26,632 nucleotides of DNA from a virus (Duplodnaviria; Caudoviricetes). The notes below the pieces were generated by a model. It did not search any database and was not told the DNA's origin. It saw only the letters and a program-made list of their open reading frames with translations. Shown here in pieces: positions 8,018 through 17,800 of the stretch. A program made the position numbers and the translations under genes. Position 1 is the first letter of the stretch, and each line of letters starts with the position of its first letter. The DNA lies in IMG/VR virus record IMGVR_UViG_3300012878_000051, positions 1 through 26,632 of that record. The stretch is one strand, 5' to 3'.

Positions 8018-8638
8018 ATGGGAATTATCACTGACATCAGCCGAGTGGTGCCAAGCGCGGCAGGAGACGTCGACGGTGTGGTGCTGTTTACTGGCGGACA
8101 GATCATTCAGAACCTGACGGTGTCGTCCGCGCTGCAAGACGTTGCCTTCAGCGTTGGCCTGAAACGTGGCACCGTCGTCTATTCATTGGTCAAGAAGCAG
8201 ACGTTACGGGGTAACTCTTCCCTGCGCTTGCGGCTTCCACCCTTTCGATTGGACGCCAACGACCAGTTGCTGGCGTTCAGCGACGGTCCAGCGATCTGGA
8301 CGGCATTGGGCGCGGAACTGAAGATCGCGCGAAGCACCACCCTGCGCATTTACGCGAGCCAAGGTGCGAATTACACAGCCATCATCGGCCCGGGCACGGG
8401 TTCGCCGCCCATCAGAGTGGCGGGGATTGTGGGCTGCGTGCAGGGGAGCAGCGATGCGATCGCGACGTTGGCCGTGTGGGACGGGGGAATCGTTCGGGAG
8501 ATCATCCCGCCGACCGTCGTCCCGGGGTACGGATCCGTGCGCGCCGTCAATCTTCCAACTGTTTCACCCGGATTCTCGATTCGCGCGCGTTCCGATGCGC
8601 GAATGGTCTGGTTTTCCTACGGGGAGATTATTTCTTGA
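8018..8638 (+). CDS. Module 1 gene A: uncharacterised beta-rich protein, 206 aa (paralog of 10390..11037)
   Basis: GGAG RBS; shares the LRLPP.R, GIV.C, YGS.R and W.SYG motifs with the second copy. Confidence 0.7.
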   Translation: MGIITDISRVVPSAAGDVDGVVLFTGGQIIQNLTVSSALQDVAFSVGLKRGTVVYSLVKKQTLRGNSSLRLRLPPFRLDANDQLLAFSDGPAIWTALGAELKIARSTTLRIYASQGANYTAIIGPGTGSPPIRVAGIVGCVQGSSDAIATLAVWDGGIVREIIPPTVVPGYGSVRAVNLPTVSPGFSIRARSDARMVWFSYGEIIS

Positions 8639-9951
8639 ACAACACTACCTCGTTCGGGTTCGTGACTGGCCTTCGCGCGGCCGAAGCAGCGGTCATCGAC
8701 CTTGATTTCAGATCCGGCGACCTTCCTTCTTCCGTCGTCGCCCCCACTCGCCCTGGCAACAGCGCCACATATTGCGATAGAGAGCGTATGCACATCGCTG
8801 AGCCGGATACCGCGCGTGTCGGCTTTTGCCACGACACGGGCATGTGGGGGCTGGTGCGCGATTACGCCAGCACGAACCGGGTGGCGTATAGCCAGTATTC
8901 TCCAAGCACTTGGGGGGCAAGCACCGCTGGCGCTGAAATCTCCGTGGCAGGCGCCGCCCCGTTCCTGCTGGACTCCGAATCCTTCGCGCTATGCCGGGCT
9001 GGCAGTGGGTACGTGTTCCCGGGAAGAGGGACGGTGTCGACCATCTATCCCGTCGACGGCTACAGTGTGGCCTCCATCTTCATACGGCCACTTTCGGCTG
9101 CCGCCCGGCCAAGATTGCTATTGCACAACGTGGCGTTCGGCGCGAATCAAACCGTGACCTATAACCCGGTATCGGACGCGGTGGAGGCAGACGCGACGAA
9201 CGCGGCCGATACCTACATCGGGATGCAGAAGTACCCCAATGGCGTGAGACGAATTTTCGTCGCGGCGAAGGCGGTGGCCTCGACGGCAACGTATCCGCCC
9301 CTAATGTGGCCAACAGGAGCCAATGGAGGCGACTTCCTTTTTGGCGGGATGCAATTGGAGTGGTTGGGCTACCCGACCAGTTATATCCCCACGACTGGAA
9401 CGGTCGTCACCCGCCTGGCCGACCGAGGGCTGGCCGCAGTCATCGACCCGGCCATACTGCACGCGACGCAGGGAACGCTGATTGCGGATGTATTCCATGG
9501 CCCATCGTTGGCTGCCGACGCGAACGGATTTGCGGGGTTGGAAAGCGACGACACCGGCACCACGAACACGGAGAACTACTCGCTGCTGGCCTGCAGTCCC
9601 GGGACTACAGCCGGCTTGGCCGACAGGCGGATCCGTGCCTACATCCGGAGCGCGGCGACGCCTCAACAGGCGCCGTTGGCTCCGGGGGCCGCTCCTAGCG
9701 GTGCCCGCGTCATCCTCGGATCGTCATGGGATTCTACGACGGGCGCGATGGTGTTGGCGGCGAACTATGACGGTTCTGTCAGCTACAGCAGTGCCGTTGC
9801 CCCCAAGCTGGACGTGACCAAGTTCAATCGCATGCAGCTAGGCGCGATGTATTCCAGCGCCAATCGAAATATGACGGGATTCATTCATCGTGTGCGGTAC
9901 TTCCCGAGGGCGATGGCGGTGGCCGAACTGCGTCAGGAGGTGGGACTGTGA
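8635..9951 (+). CDS. Module 1 gene B: putative fibre/receptor-binding protein, ~438 aa (paralog of 11034..12359)
   Basis: TTG start overlapping the upstream stop (TTGA) after GGGGAG. Motifs TYCD, R.GF.HD...WGL.RD, KYP.G.RR, FGG.QLE...TSYIP are typical of phage fibre/spike lectin-like domains. Ends in EVGL. Confidence 0.65.
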   Translation: MNNTTSFGFVTGLRAAEAAVIDLDFRSGDLPSSVVAPTRPGNSATYCDRERMHIAEPDTARVGFCHDTGMWGLVRDYASTNRVAYSQYSPSTWGASTAGAEISVAGAAPFLLDSESFALCRAGSGYVFPGRGTVSTIYPVDGYSVASIFIRPLSAAARPRLLLHNVAFGANQTVTYNPVSDAVEADATNAADTYIGMQKYPNGVRRIFVAAKAVASTATYPPLMWPTGANGGDFLFGGMQLEWLGYPTSYIPTTGTVVTRLADRGLAAVIDPAILHATQGTLIADVFHGPSLAADANGFAGLESDDTGTTNTENYSLLACSPGTTAGLADRRIRAYIRSAATPQQAPLAPGAAPSGARVILGSSWDSTTGAMVLAANYDGSVSYSSAVAPKLDVTKFNRMQLGAMYSSANRNMTGFIHRVRYFPRAMAVAELRQEVGL

Positions 9952-10265
9952 ACCAGGTAAAAACTCCTCTACACCTGCACGCGGCATCCCGTAGGGAAAT
10001 TGAAGACGCCTTGGTCCGAGTGGGGGTGCTGATCCAGGACCCTGGTGGTTACGTGGAGGCAAAGGCGCCGTTTGATTATGTTTTCCTGGGGCCGCAGCCC
10101 TACGAAACAGGCGACACCGAGCCTTCTGACAGCGGCGAAGATGCACCCGTTCTGGGTTGGTATCCGGGGGTATGGGCTGTGGTGTTCGGGCCGATGTCCG
10201 AAGCGCAGCTGGCGTTGTTGCCACTGCCTCCTGCCCAGCCCTTTCCGCCCATGGTCGCGTTGTGA
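9948..10265 (+). CDS. Module 1 gene C: small acidic protein, putative fibre chaperone, 105 aa
   Basis: GTGA overlap with gene B and GGAGG RBS; position after a fibre-like gene. Confidence 0.6.
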   Translation: MNQVKTPLHLHAASRREIEDALVRVGVLIQDPGGYVEAKAPFDYVFLGPQPYETGDTEPSDSGEDAPVLGWYPGVWAVVFGPMSEAQLALLPLPPAQPFPPMVAL

Positions 10266-10289
10266 CCCCGAACTGCCGATTTAACCCAC

Positions 10290-10314
10290 GCCCGCACGAT
10301 GCGGGTTTTTTTTT
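10290..10314 (+). terminator. Intrinsic terminator between the two modules
   Basis: GCCCGCA-CGA-TGCGGGT hairpin followed by a T run. Confidence 0.8.
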
Positions 10315-10389
10315 GGATTTGAGAGATGACCCCAGCCTTGATGCAGGTCTTTGTATTCAATCCGCCTGAAATTGCACTAGGGGACGAAC

Positions 10390-11037
10390 GTGATTATTGA
10401 TGAAACGATTACTGGATTCAGCACAGCCGGCGTTGACTTCACTCTGGCGCCGCCGTCATATCTCCCAGCCAGCATTCTGGCGAGCGCTGCCGCTGCCGAT
10501 ACTGTCATCGAAATAGGCATCTGCACGTCGGCGGACCCGGCCACGTATCGCCGGATCTTGTCGCCGCGCATATTGCAGACAGGGCAGGCCGCGCGCGTTC
10601 GATTGCCGCCCATGCGCATGAATGCCGGTGTCGGTGCGCAGTTGGTGGCGAAGTCGGACAAGACTGTGAACTGGCTGGTCGCCAGTCAACGTTTTGGTGC
10701 GTCCAGCCGTGTCACTTCGCTTCGCACCGTCAATGTTCGCCCGAACGTTCGGACGGCGATTTACGCGCCGAACGCGGGGCAAAGACGTTGGCGAGTGCCG
10801 GGAATTGTCTGCTGCAATCCCACGGCCGCGTCTTCTCTGGTGACGCTGAGCATCAGCCGAGTAGAAGGGACGAGCACCGTCTATCGCGACATTGCGGGTC
10901 CCGAACTCGTTCCGCCGTATGGATCGCTGCGGCTCGCCATTCCCCAAGTGGTAGATGCCGACAACGGACCACTCTCCCTTTATGCGACCAGCGAAACCGC
11001 CAGCATCTGGCATTCCTACGGAATATTTCTCCCATGA
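10390..11037 (+). CDS. Module 2 gene A: uncharacterised beta-rich protein, 215 aa
   Basis: GTG start after AGGGGA; paralogous motifs with 8018..8638. Confidence 0.7.
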   Translation: MIIDETITGFSTAGVDFTLAPPSYLPASILASAAAADTVIEIGICTSADPATYRRILSPRILQTGQAARVRLPPMRMNAGVGAQLVAKSDKTVNWLVASQRFGASSRVTSLRTVNVRPNVRTAIYAPNAGQRRWRVPGIVCCNPTAASSLVTLSISRVEGTSTVYRDIAGPELVPPYGSLRLAIPQVVDADNGPLSLYATSETASIWHSYGIFLP

Positions 11038-12359
11038 CGTCTGCAACTTTCGGGTCCATTTCAGAACTTGCACCCGCCATTTTTCCCGATTTCTCCGTGG
11101 ACTTCTCGGATGGAAACGGCCCGGCCAACTTGATTGGACCGGATAAGGGAATCACCGGCCAGCGCACCTATTGCGATCAGGGACGCATGTACATCGCCGC
11201 CGATGGACAGCCCAGAATCGGCTTTGACCATGACCGGATGCGCTGGGGGTTGCGACGCGACGTCGGGTCCGAAAACCTGGTTTCGCGCTCTCAGTTCGAG
11301 ATCAACCAGTGGTCGTTCACGGCGGTTGCAACGGAGCGCTGTTCGCACAATGTCGCCGATTTCCTGCTGCCCAGCGAGCGGTGTTCCATGATGGACTACC
11401 GCGGCGAGGCTAATAGCTACGTGCGCGCCACGATTGCTGCGTCGATCAATTACGTGGAGGGAAGCTGGTACACCGCGTCGGTCTTTTTCAAGAATCTGGA
11501 TCAGGCCGGGGTCGATGTTCGCTTAAGGCAAGCCGCCGAACCGTTTGGAGGCTACCAGGACGCCACCTATCTTGCCGCGAGCGACTCGGTGGCGATGAGC
11601 TCGGGGAGCAGCGCGAATTCTATCGTGGGTCTGGAAAAATACCCTGACGGATGGCGACGCTTGACCATCACGTCGCTGTGCACTGCGGGCGGCAACCTTC
11701 GCGGCCCGTTGCTGTGGCCCGGCGGTACGCGACAAGGGCGGTTTCTCTTTGGCGGGTTCCAACTGGAGAAGCTGGGATTTTCGACGTCCTACATTCCGAA
11801 ATCCACGGCCACGGCGATAAGAGGGAACGAGCGAGGCGTCTTCGCAGTGCTGCCTGGAGGAGTGTTGGTTGGCGCTAACTCGGGAACGATCTGGACTGAC
11901 CACTGCATACAGACGCGCCTTCAAGGCAGCGCGGTAGGCATTGCGGGGTTCGACCGGGTGCCTGCTAGTGCACCCTACATGTCCGTAGCAGCGACATTCA
12001 GCATCGCCATGCCTGCTCAGCAGGTTGCCCGGCTCTATTTCATTGGCCGGGACGGCGTATCGGGCAATCCCGGGGCGCCCCAGAACTTCTCAGACGACCG
12101 CCGGGACACCTTCTGCGCCAGTTGGGACAACGAGGCAAAGTCGTTGGAGCTTTGCCATCTGTATGGCCACACCAGAACGGATCCAGTCGGGATACATCCG
12201 ACCTTTCCAGGCATGGATCCTGCCATGTCCGCAGACCGCATGTGCCTGGGATCCATGCACAGTGCGACAGGATTCATCGCGACCGGCTGGATCTACGGCG
12301 TTCGCCTGTATCGCCGGAAGTTGACCCGAGACCAGATGATGGAGGAAGTCGGACTATGA
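11034..12359 (+). CDS. Module 2 gene B: putative fibre/receptor-binding protein, 441 aa
   Basis: ATGA overlap; same motif series as 8635..9951 (TYCD, PRIGFDHD..WGLRRD, EKYPDGWRR, FGGFQLE...TSYIP); ends in EVGL. Confidence 0.65.
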   Translation: MTSATFGSISELAPAIFPDFSVDFSDGNGPANLIGPDKGITGQRTYCDQGRMYIAADGQPRIGFDHDRMRWGLRRDVGSENLVSRSQFEINQWSFTAVATERCSHNVADFLLPSERCSMMDYRGEANSYVRATIAASINYVEGSWYTASVFFKNLDQAGVDVRLRQAAEPFGGYQDATYLAASDSVAMSSGSSANSIVGLEKYPDGWRRLTITSLCTAGGNLRGPLLWPGGTRQGRFLFGGFQLEKLGFSTSYIPKSTATAIRGNERGVFAVLPGGVLVGANSGTIWTDHCIQTRLQGSAVGIAGFDRVPASAPYMSVAATFSIAMPAQQVARLYFIGRDGVSGNPGAPQNFSDDRRDTFCASWDNEAKSLELCHLYGHTRTDPVGIHPTFPGMDPAMSADRMCLGSMHSATGFIATGWIYGVRLYRRKLTRDQMMEEVGL

Positions 12360-12700
12360 GCACCATTCATAACCCTCGCGACGGCGTGCTGCTGGTGCGT
12401 TGCGCCAGTGACGAAGCGTTACTCCAGGCGGGCCGCCGCAATGGCCTCGTGACAAACCGCCCCATCGATAGCGCCGCCGAGTGGTCGGATGGCGTGCTGG
12501 TCTTGTCGGGACGCCCCGGCCTTCGTAGCACGGGGCGCTACCGCGATGCGGGCGAAGAGGGCAGGGAGGAAATCATGGAAACGTCCCCTCATCTGTACGC
12601 CATGATCGTCGGGGCTGACCTGCAGGATCTCCGTTATCAGGATTTCGACATCGTCCACGAGGCCGAAGGCTGGGACGTTCCGGGATGGGGTGACGCATGA
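12356..12700 (+). CDS. Module 2 gene C: small acidic protein, putative fibre chaperone, 114 aa
   Basis: ATGA overlaps on both sides and GGAGG RBS; positional and weak sequence counterpart of 9948..10265. Confidence 0.6.
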   Translation: MSTIHNPRDGVLLVRCASDEALLQAGRRNGLVTNRPIDSAAEWSDGVLVLSGRPGLRSTGRYRDAGEEGREEIMETSPHLYAMIVGADLQDLRYQDFDIVHEAEGWDVPGWGDA

Positions 12701-13443
12701 AAATCTACGGAGACGTACAGCGCCTGGACTTGGGCGAACTGGTGGATCTTTTCGAAATTGACCTTACCCCGTTTGGAGGTGAACACCTGCGCTTCCATGG
12801 CTACCTGCAATTGCAGGTGATCAAGTGGCAGGGAAACGAGTATGGCCCCTGGCCGCTGCAGATCGAAGGTATTGAAACGAAGGGCGACGGACCATCCCCG
12901 ACGCCTACGCTCTCGGTCGGCAATATCGGATCGGACAAGGACGGGAACCCGCTGCCCGGTGTGATCTCTGCCCTTTGCATGCAGTACCGGGATCTGAAGG
13001 GCGCACGGGTCACGATGCGCCGCACGCTCGGGAAGTACCTGGATGCAGACAATTTCCCGGAAGGAAATCCAGAGGCCGATCCGGCCCAGGAGTTGCCGCC
13101 GCAATCGTGGGAGATCGAGCTCAAGCAATCGGAAAATTCGCAAAGCGTGAGTTTTGAACTTGCCACGGTCATGAACGCGGACGGCGTGCGATTACCCGGC
13201 CTGATCGTCCAGACCAGCGTCTGCCAGTGGACGCGAATCGGCGGCTATCGCGGTTCGTACTGCGCATATGCCGGACAGGCGATGTTCGACCGCGACAACC
13301 AACCGACCACGGACCCCGCCGCCGACCGTTGCCCCGGTTTGCTCTCATCGTGCCGACTTCGGCTGGAGGCGACCAACGGCGGGTTTGCGGGCGGCAACAT
13401 GAATTTCCTGGCCTTTCCGGCCGCGGATCGATTGAGGGGATGA
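12697..13443 (+). CDS. Minor tail protein L (lambda gpL-like), 248 aa
   Basis: LFEID, PTLSVGN, YLDADNF..GNP.ADP and C-terminal four-Cys Fe-S motif (CQW...C.Y...C....SC). Confidence 0.93.
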   Translation: MKIYGDVQRLDLGELVDLFEIDLTPFGGEHLRFHGYLQLQVIKWQGNEYGPWPLQIEGIETKGDGPSPTPTLSVGNIGSDKDGNPLPGVISALCMQYRDLKGARVTMRRTLGKYLDADNFPEGNPEADPAQELPPQSWEIELKQSENSQSVSFELATVMNADGVRLPGLIVQTSVCQWTRIGGYRGSYCAYAGQAMFDRDNQPTTDPAADRCPGLLSSCRLRLEATNGGFAGGNMNFLAFPAADRLRG

Positions 13444-13445
13444 CG

Positions 13446-14240
13446 ATGAAAAGAACAACGGTTGCCGCCATTCAGCGCCACGCCATGGACCGCTATCCGC
13501 AGGAGTGCTGCGGGGTGGTGATCCGTCGCGCAGACACCCTGGCCGAGACATATCTGCCTGCGGAGAACGAACTGGGCCCGGAAGAGGCGTTGAAGGCTTT
13601 CGAGATCGGCGGTGCGTTCATGGCAAGCGCCGAAGACCAGGGAACGCTGATGGCCATCATCCACTCCCATCCCGATGGCCCAGACGAAGCGAGCGAAGCA
13701 GACCAGGCCGCGTGCAATGTCAGCGGGCTGACCTGGTACATCCAGCCTCTCCATCGTGGCGACGATGGGGAGTTGCGTTGCACCAACCTGATCGGCATCG
13801 CCCCGGCATCGCAAGATGCGCCCCTGGTGGGCCGCCAGTTCGCCCATGGAGTCCTGGATTGCTACGAACTGATCCGGGATTGGTTCAGGCGGACGCGCGG
13901 CGTAGAACTTGCCCAGCACGAACGCGAAAACGAATGGTGGCGAAAGACGCCTGAAAAAGATCTGTACATCAGCAACCTGGCTGGCGACGGCTGGCGGGTG
14001 CTGGGCGACGGGGAGCCGCTGAAGGCCGGCGACATGATCGTCATGCAGGTGGCTTCCGTCGTGCCCAATCACGCAGCGGTCTACCTGGGCGACGAACCCT
14101 TGCCCGACTACCAGGAGCCTTACATGCGCCGTGATCGGATCTTGCACCACTTGTACGGGCGCCCCTCGGCCGTCGATGTCTATGGCGGCATGTGGAAGCA
14201 CTGCACGCGCGTGATCGCGCGGCACCAGAGTCAGGAGTAA
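13446..14240 (+). CDS. Tail assembly protein K (JAB + NlpC/P60), ~264 aa
   Basis: YPQECCG, HSHP....S..D JAB motif; DCYELIRD, NHAAVY, ILHH NlpC/P60 motifs. Start at 13446 or 13440. Confidence 0.92.
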   Translation: MKRTTVAAIQRHAMDRYPQECCGVVIRRADTLAETYLPAENELGPEEALKAFEIGGAFMASAEDQGTLMAIIHSHPDGPDEASEADQAACNVSGLTWYIQPLHRGDDGELRCTNLIGIAPASQDAPLVGRQFAHGVLDCYELIRDWFRRTRGVELAQHERENEWWRKTPEKDLYISNLAGDGWRVLGDGEPLKAGDMIVMQVASVVPNHAAVYLGDEPLPDYQEPYMRRDRILHHLYGRPSAVDVYGGMWKHCTRVIARHQSQE

Positions 14241-14243
14241 GAC

Positions 14244-14879
14244 GTGGAAAACATGAATGAGACCGAAGTCCGTACGATCTTGCTGTACGGCCCGCTGCGC
14301 GCCCGGTTCGGCCGCGAATTCCGTCTGGCTGTCAGCAATATGCGCGAGGCCATTCATGCGCTAAGCGCGCTGGTTCCCGGGTTCCGCCAATTCATGGTGC
14401 AGGCGGCGGCAAGCAAGCAGGAGTTCGCGTGCCTGCATGGTCAACGCCGTATCGGCGAGGAGCGCCTTGGGGAGTGGCTGGATAGCGAAGAACCCATCCG
14501 GATCGCCATGGTGGTCAAAGGGAACAAGCGAGGCGGATTGTTTCAGATCGTGCTGGGTGCTGTGCTTATTGTGGCCGCGACGATAGCGAGTGGGGGCGCT
14601 GTTGCCGCGGCCTTCGCCTCTAAAGGATTGATTGGCGCGGCTGCCTGGATGGGCGCATCGATGATGCTCGGCGGAGTGCTTCAGGCTATTTCCCCGCAGC
14701 CCCAAGGATTATCCGCCAGCGATAGCCCGGAGAACGGCGCCTCCTACGCGTTCAACGGCCCCGTGAACATGATCGCGCAGGGCAACCCGATTCCGATCGC
14801 GTACAGCGATCCCGACGGTTTTGTGTGGATGGGGTCCGCCACCTTGTCGCAGGGCATCTATTCCGAGGATCAAGTCTAA
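14244..14879 (+). CDS. Tail assembly protein I (lambda gpI-like), 211 aa
   Basis: LYGPL...FGR N-terminus, hydrophobic Gly/Ala stretch, SYAFNGPVN...QGNPIP motif. Alternative start ATG 14253. Confidence 0.92.
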   Translation: MENMNETEVRTILLYGPLRARFGREFRLAVSNMREAIHALSALVPGFRQFMVQAAASKQEFACLHGQRRIGEERLGEWLDSEEPIRIAMVVKGNKRGGLFQIVLGAVLIVAATIASGGAVAAAFASKGLIGAAAWMGASMMLGGVLQAISPQPQGLSASDSPENGASYAFNGPVNMIAQGNPIPIAYSDPDGFVWMGSATLSQGIYSEDQV

Positions 14880-17800
14880 TGAATGTTCACCAATCCAATG
14901 ACCTGGGCGTGGCCGAAACCGATGTCGCGCTTCAGCACTCGGCCCGCGCGGTTCGGGGCTACAAAGGCAAGGGCGGCGGCGGCGGACGTATCGCAAAGGA
15001 AGCGCCCGACAGCCTGCATTCCACGCAATACGCGCGCATCCTGGATGCGGTCAACATCGGCCCCATGGGGGAGATCGCCTCCACGCCGGAATGCGTTCTG
15101 CGTAATGTGTTCCTGGATGGAACCCCCATCATCGGCGAAGACGGTTCAGAGAACTTTCCGGGAGTGGAAGTCCATGTCCGCTATGGCACGCAGACACAAG
15201 ATCCGATTCCGGGCTTCCCGGGCGCCGAAAACACCATCGCCGTAGGGACGCAGCTTAAGACGACGAAGAGTTGGACGCAACTGATCACGAACACCGGCAT
15301 CGACGCAGTGCGCGTCACCTTGTCGACCGACCGCCTGACTGAGCAGAACACGAAGAACGGCGACCTGAACGGATACTTCATCGACTACGTCATTGAGGTC
15401 ATGAGCGCGGGCAGTTCGTGGGAGCCCGTGGTGACGGCGGCGATGCGCGGCAAGACGACCCAGCGATACACCCGTACCCATCGTATCGACCTGCCGCCCG
15501 ATACGGGGCCTTGGACCGTGCGAGTGCGTCGGATTTCAGAGGACGCTACGGGCGGCGCTATCCAGTCGAACTTGTTCGTCGATGCCTATACGGAAGTGGT
15601 CGATACCAAACTGCGCTATCCCATGGTCGCGATGGTGGGGTACAAGATCCCCGCGTCCTTGTTCAACTCCATTCCTTCCCGGGCGGTGCGCGGCAAGGGC
15701 CGCGAGATCCGCGTGCCCAGCAACTATGACGCCCGCACTCGCGTATACGCCGGGGTGTGGGACGGGACGTTCAAGCTGTCTGTTTGCGCCAATCCGGCCT
15801 GGGTGCTGCTGGATATCCTGACCAACGACATATTCGGTCTGGGAAAGCGCATTAATGTGGGGATGGTCGACCGTTGGACGCTCTACCAGATCGCGCAGTA
15901 TTGCGATGAGCTGGTGCCAGACGGCCTGGGCGGCATGGAGCCTCGTTTCCGGTGCATCGGCCAGATCATGAAGCGGGAAGACGCCCACAAGCTGATCCAA
16001 GATATCGCCAGCATATTCCACGGGATGACCTATGCGCTGAACGGCACAGTGACCGCGCGCGCCGACATGCCGGGCAACCCGGTCTATACCTACAGCCGCG
16101 CAAACATCATCGGCGAGTTCGAGTTCGCGGGGACCGCCCGCAAAACCAACTACAACGTGATGCGCGTCTCGTACACGAATCAGGACGATTTTGGCCGGCA
16201 GAAGGTCGAAGTGGCCGAGGACACCGAGAGCATTGCCCGTATCGGCCTGCGCGACGCCGAAACCACCGCGTTCATGTGCTGCAGTCGCAGCCAGGCCAAC
16301 CGCATGGCGCGGTGGGCGATCATGACGAGCCAGGCGCAGGACCGTCTGGTCAAATTCCGCGTAGGCCTGGACTACGCCCTGGTCAAGCCCGGCGAGGTCA
16401 TCTACGTTGCCGACAATATCCTGGCCGGTGCGATGATATCGGGACGCTTCCGCAGGGTGATCAGCGCAAGCGTGATGGTGCTTGACCGGACGGCCCGAGT
16501 GAAACCGGGCGATACCCTTCTGGCCAACATGCCCGACGGCAGTTGCGAAGAGCGGCGCGTGAATGCGGTGGAAGTGAGCGACGACGAAGTCAGGTTGACG
16601 GTAGCCCCGTTCTCCGATGCGCCGCTTGATGAGGGGATCTGGTGTGTTCAGGCCGATGACCTGAAGCCCTTTCAGTTCCGCATACAGGACGTGGCGCTGA
16701 CGGGCCCGATGGAAGCGCAGATTTCTGCGATCCTGGAGATTCCCGGAAAGCATGCGTCGGTGGACTACGGTACGAAGCTGGACTTTCCCGACAACAGCGT
16801 AGTGCCCTCGCTGATGATGGCCGCGCCCACGGATGTGCGCCTGAGCAGTTCGACAAGTGTGGATCAGAGCATTGCCCAGCACGTCATGCGTGTTGAATGG
16901 AAAGGCAGCAAGGAGGCCCGAAGCTACAGCGTGCAATGGCGACGCGACAATTCGGATTGGATTTCGCTTCCCGACACGGGGGCGGAATCCATCGAAGTGC
17001 CGGGCATCCGTGCCGGTCGCTATCAGGCTCGGGTGCAAGCGCTCAGTGCGCTGGACGTCCGCAGTACCTGGGTGTTATCGGACATGGCGCAATTGTCCGG
17101 AAATCTTGAAGCGCCGCCGGCCGTCGCCTATCTGACTGCCTCCAACAATCAGCTCTACGGTATTACGGTCAAATGGGGTTTCCGCGACAGCAGGAGCCCA
17201 ATCCGTCGCGCGGAGCTGTGGTTCTCGCCAAACAACAGTTTTCAGGACGCCTCGCGCCTGTCTGAAATCTCATATCCGGGGGACTCGTTTTCGATCGCGG
17301 GCTTGCCTGCGGGAACGCAGTACTGGTTCTGGATCCGGCTGGTGGACTCTACGGGGGAGGCGGGCGAATTCTATCCTGCGACCAGCGTTGCCGGCGTGTA
17401 CGGCGTGACGAATACCGATGCTAAGGACTATCTCGACGCTATCAAGGAAGAGGTGTTGTCTTCTGAGCTTGGGCAGCAGATGTTCGAGGACATTGGGAGA
17501 ATCTCGAGCGGGCTAAGCGGTCTAGGTGAGGTGGTGGGAGAACAAGGGCAGACGTTGACCGATCATGCCCAGCAACTGATCCGGCAAGGGGAAGACCTTC
17601 GCCTGGAGGCCGCCGCCCGCGTGGCCGCCAATGCGGTGCTGGCGGAAAACCTGGCAACCGAGGCTCAGTCGCTGCAGCAAGGACTCTTGGCAGAGGAGCG
17701 TGCCCGTCAGCAGGCCCTGGCCGCAGAGACGACAGCGCGCCAGACCGGGCTGTTGACCGAAGCGCAAGCTCGGCAAGACGGCATAGCGGCGCTATCGAGC

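Noticed and set aside
5124-17038. Long antisense ORFs (e.g. 5124..6593, 13245..14357, 15536..17038)
   Set aside because: Shadow frames opposite well-supported genes in GC-rich DNA, with no recognisable motifs.
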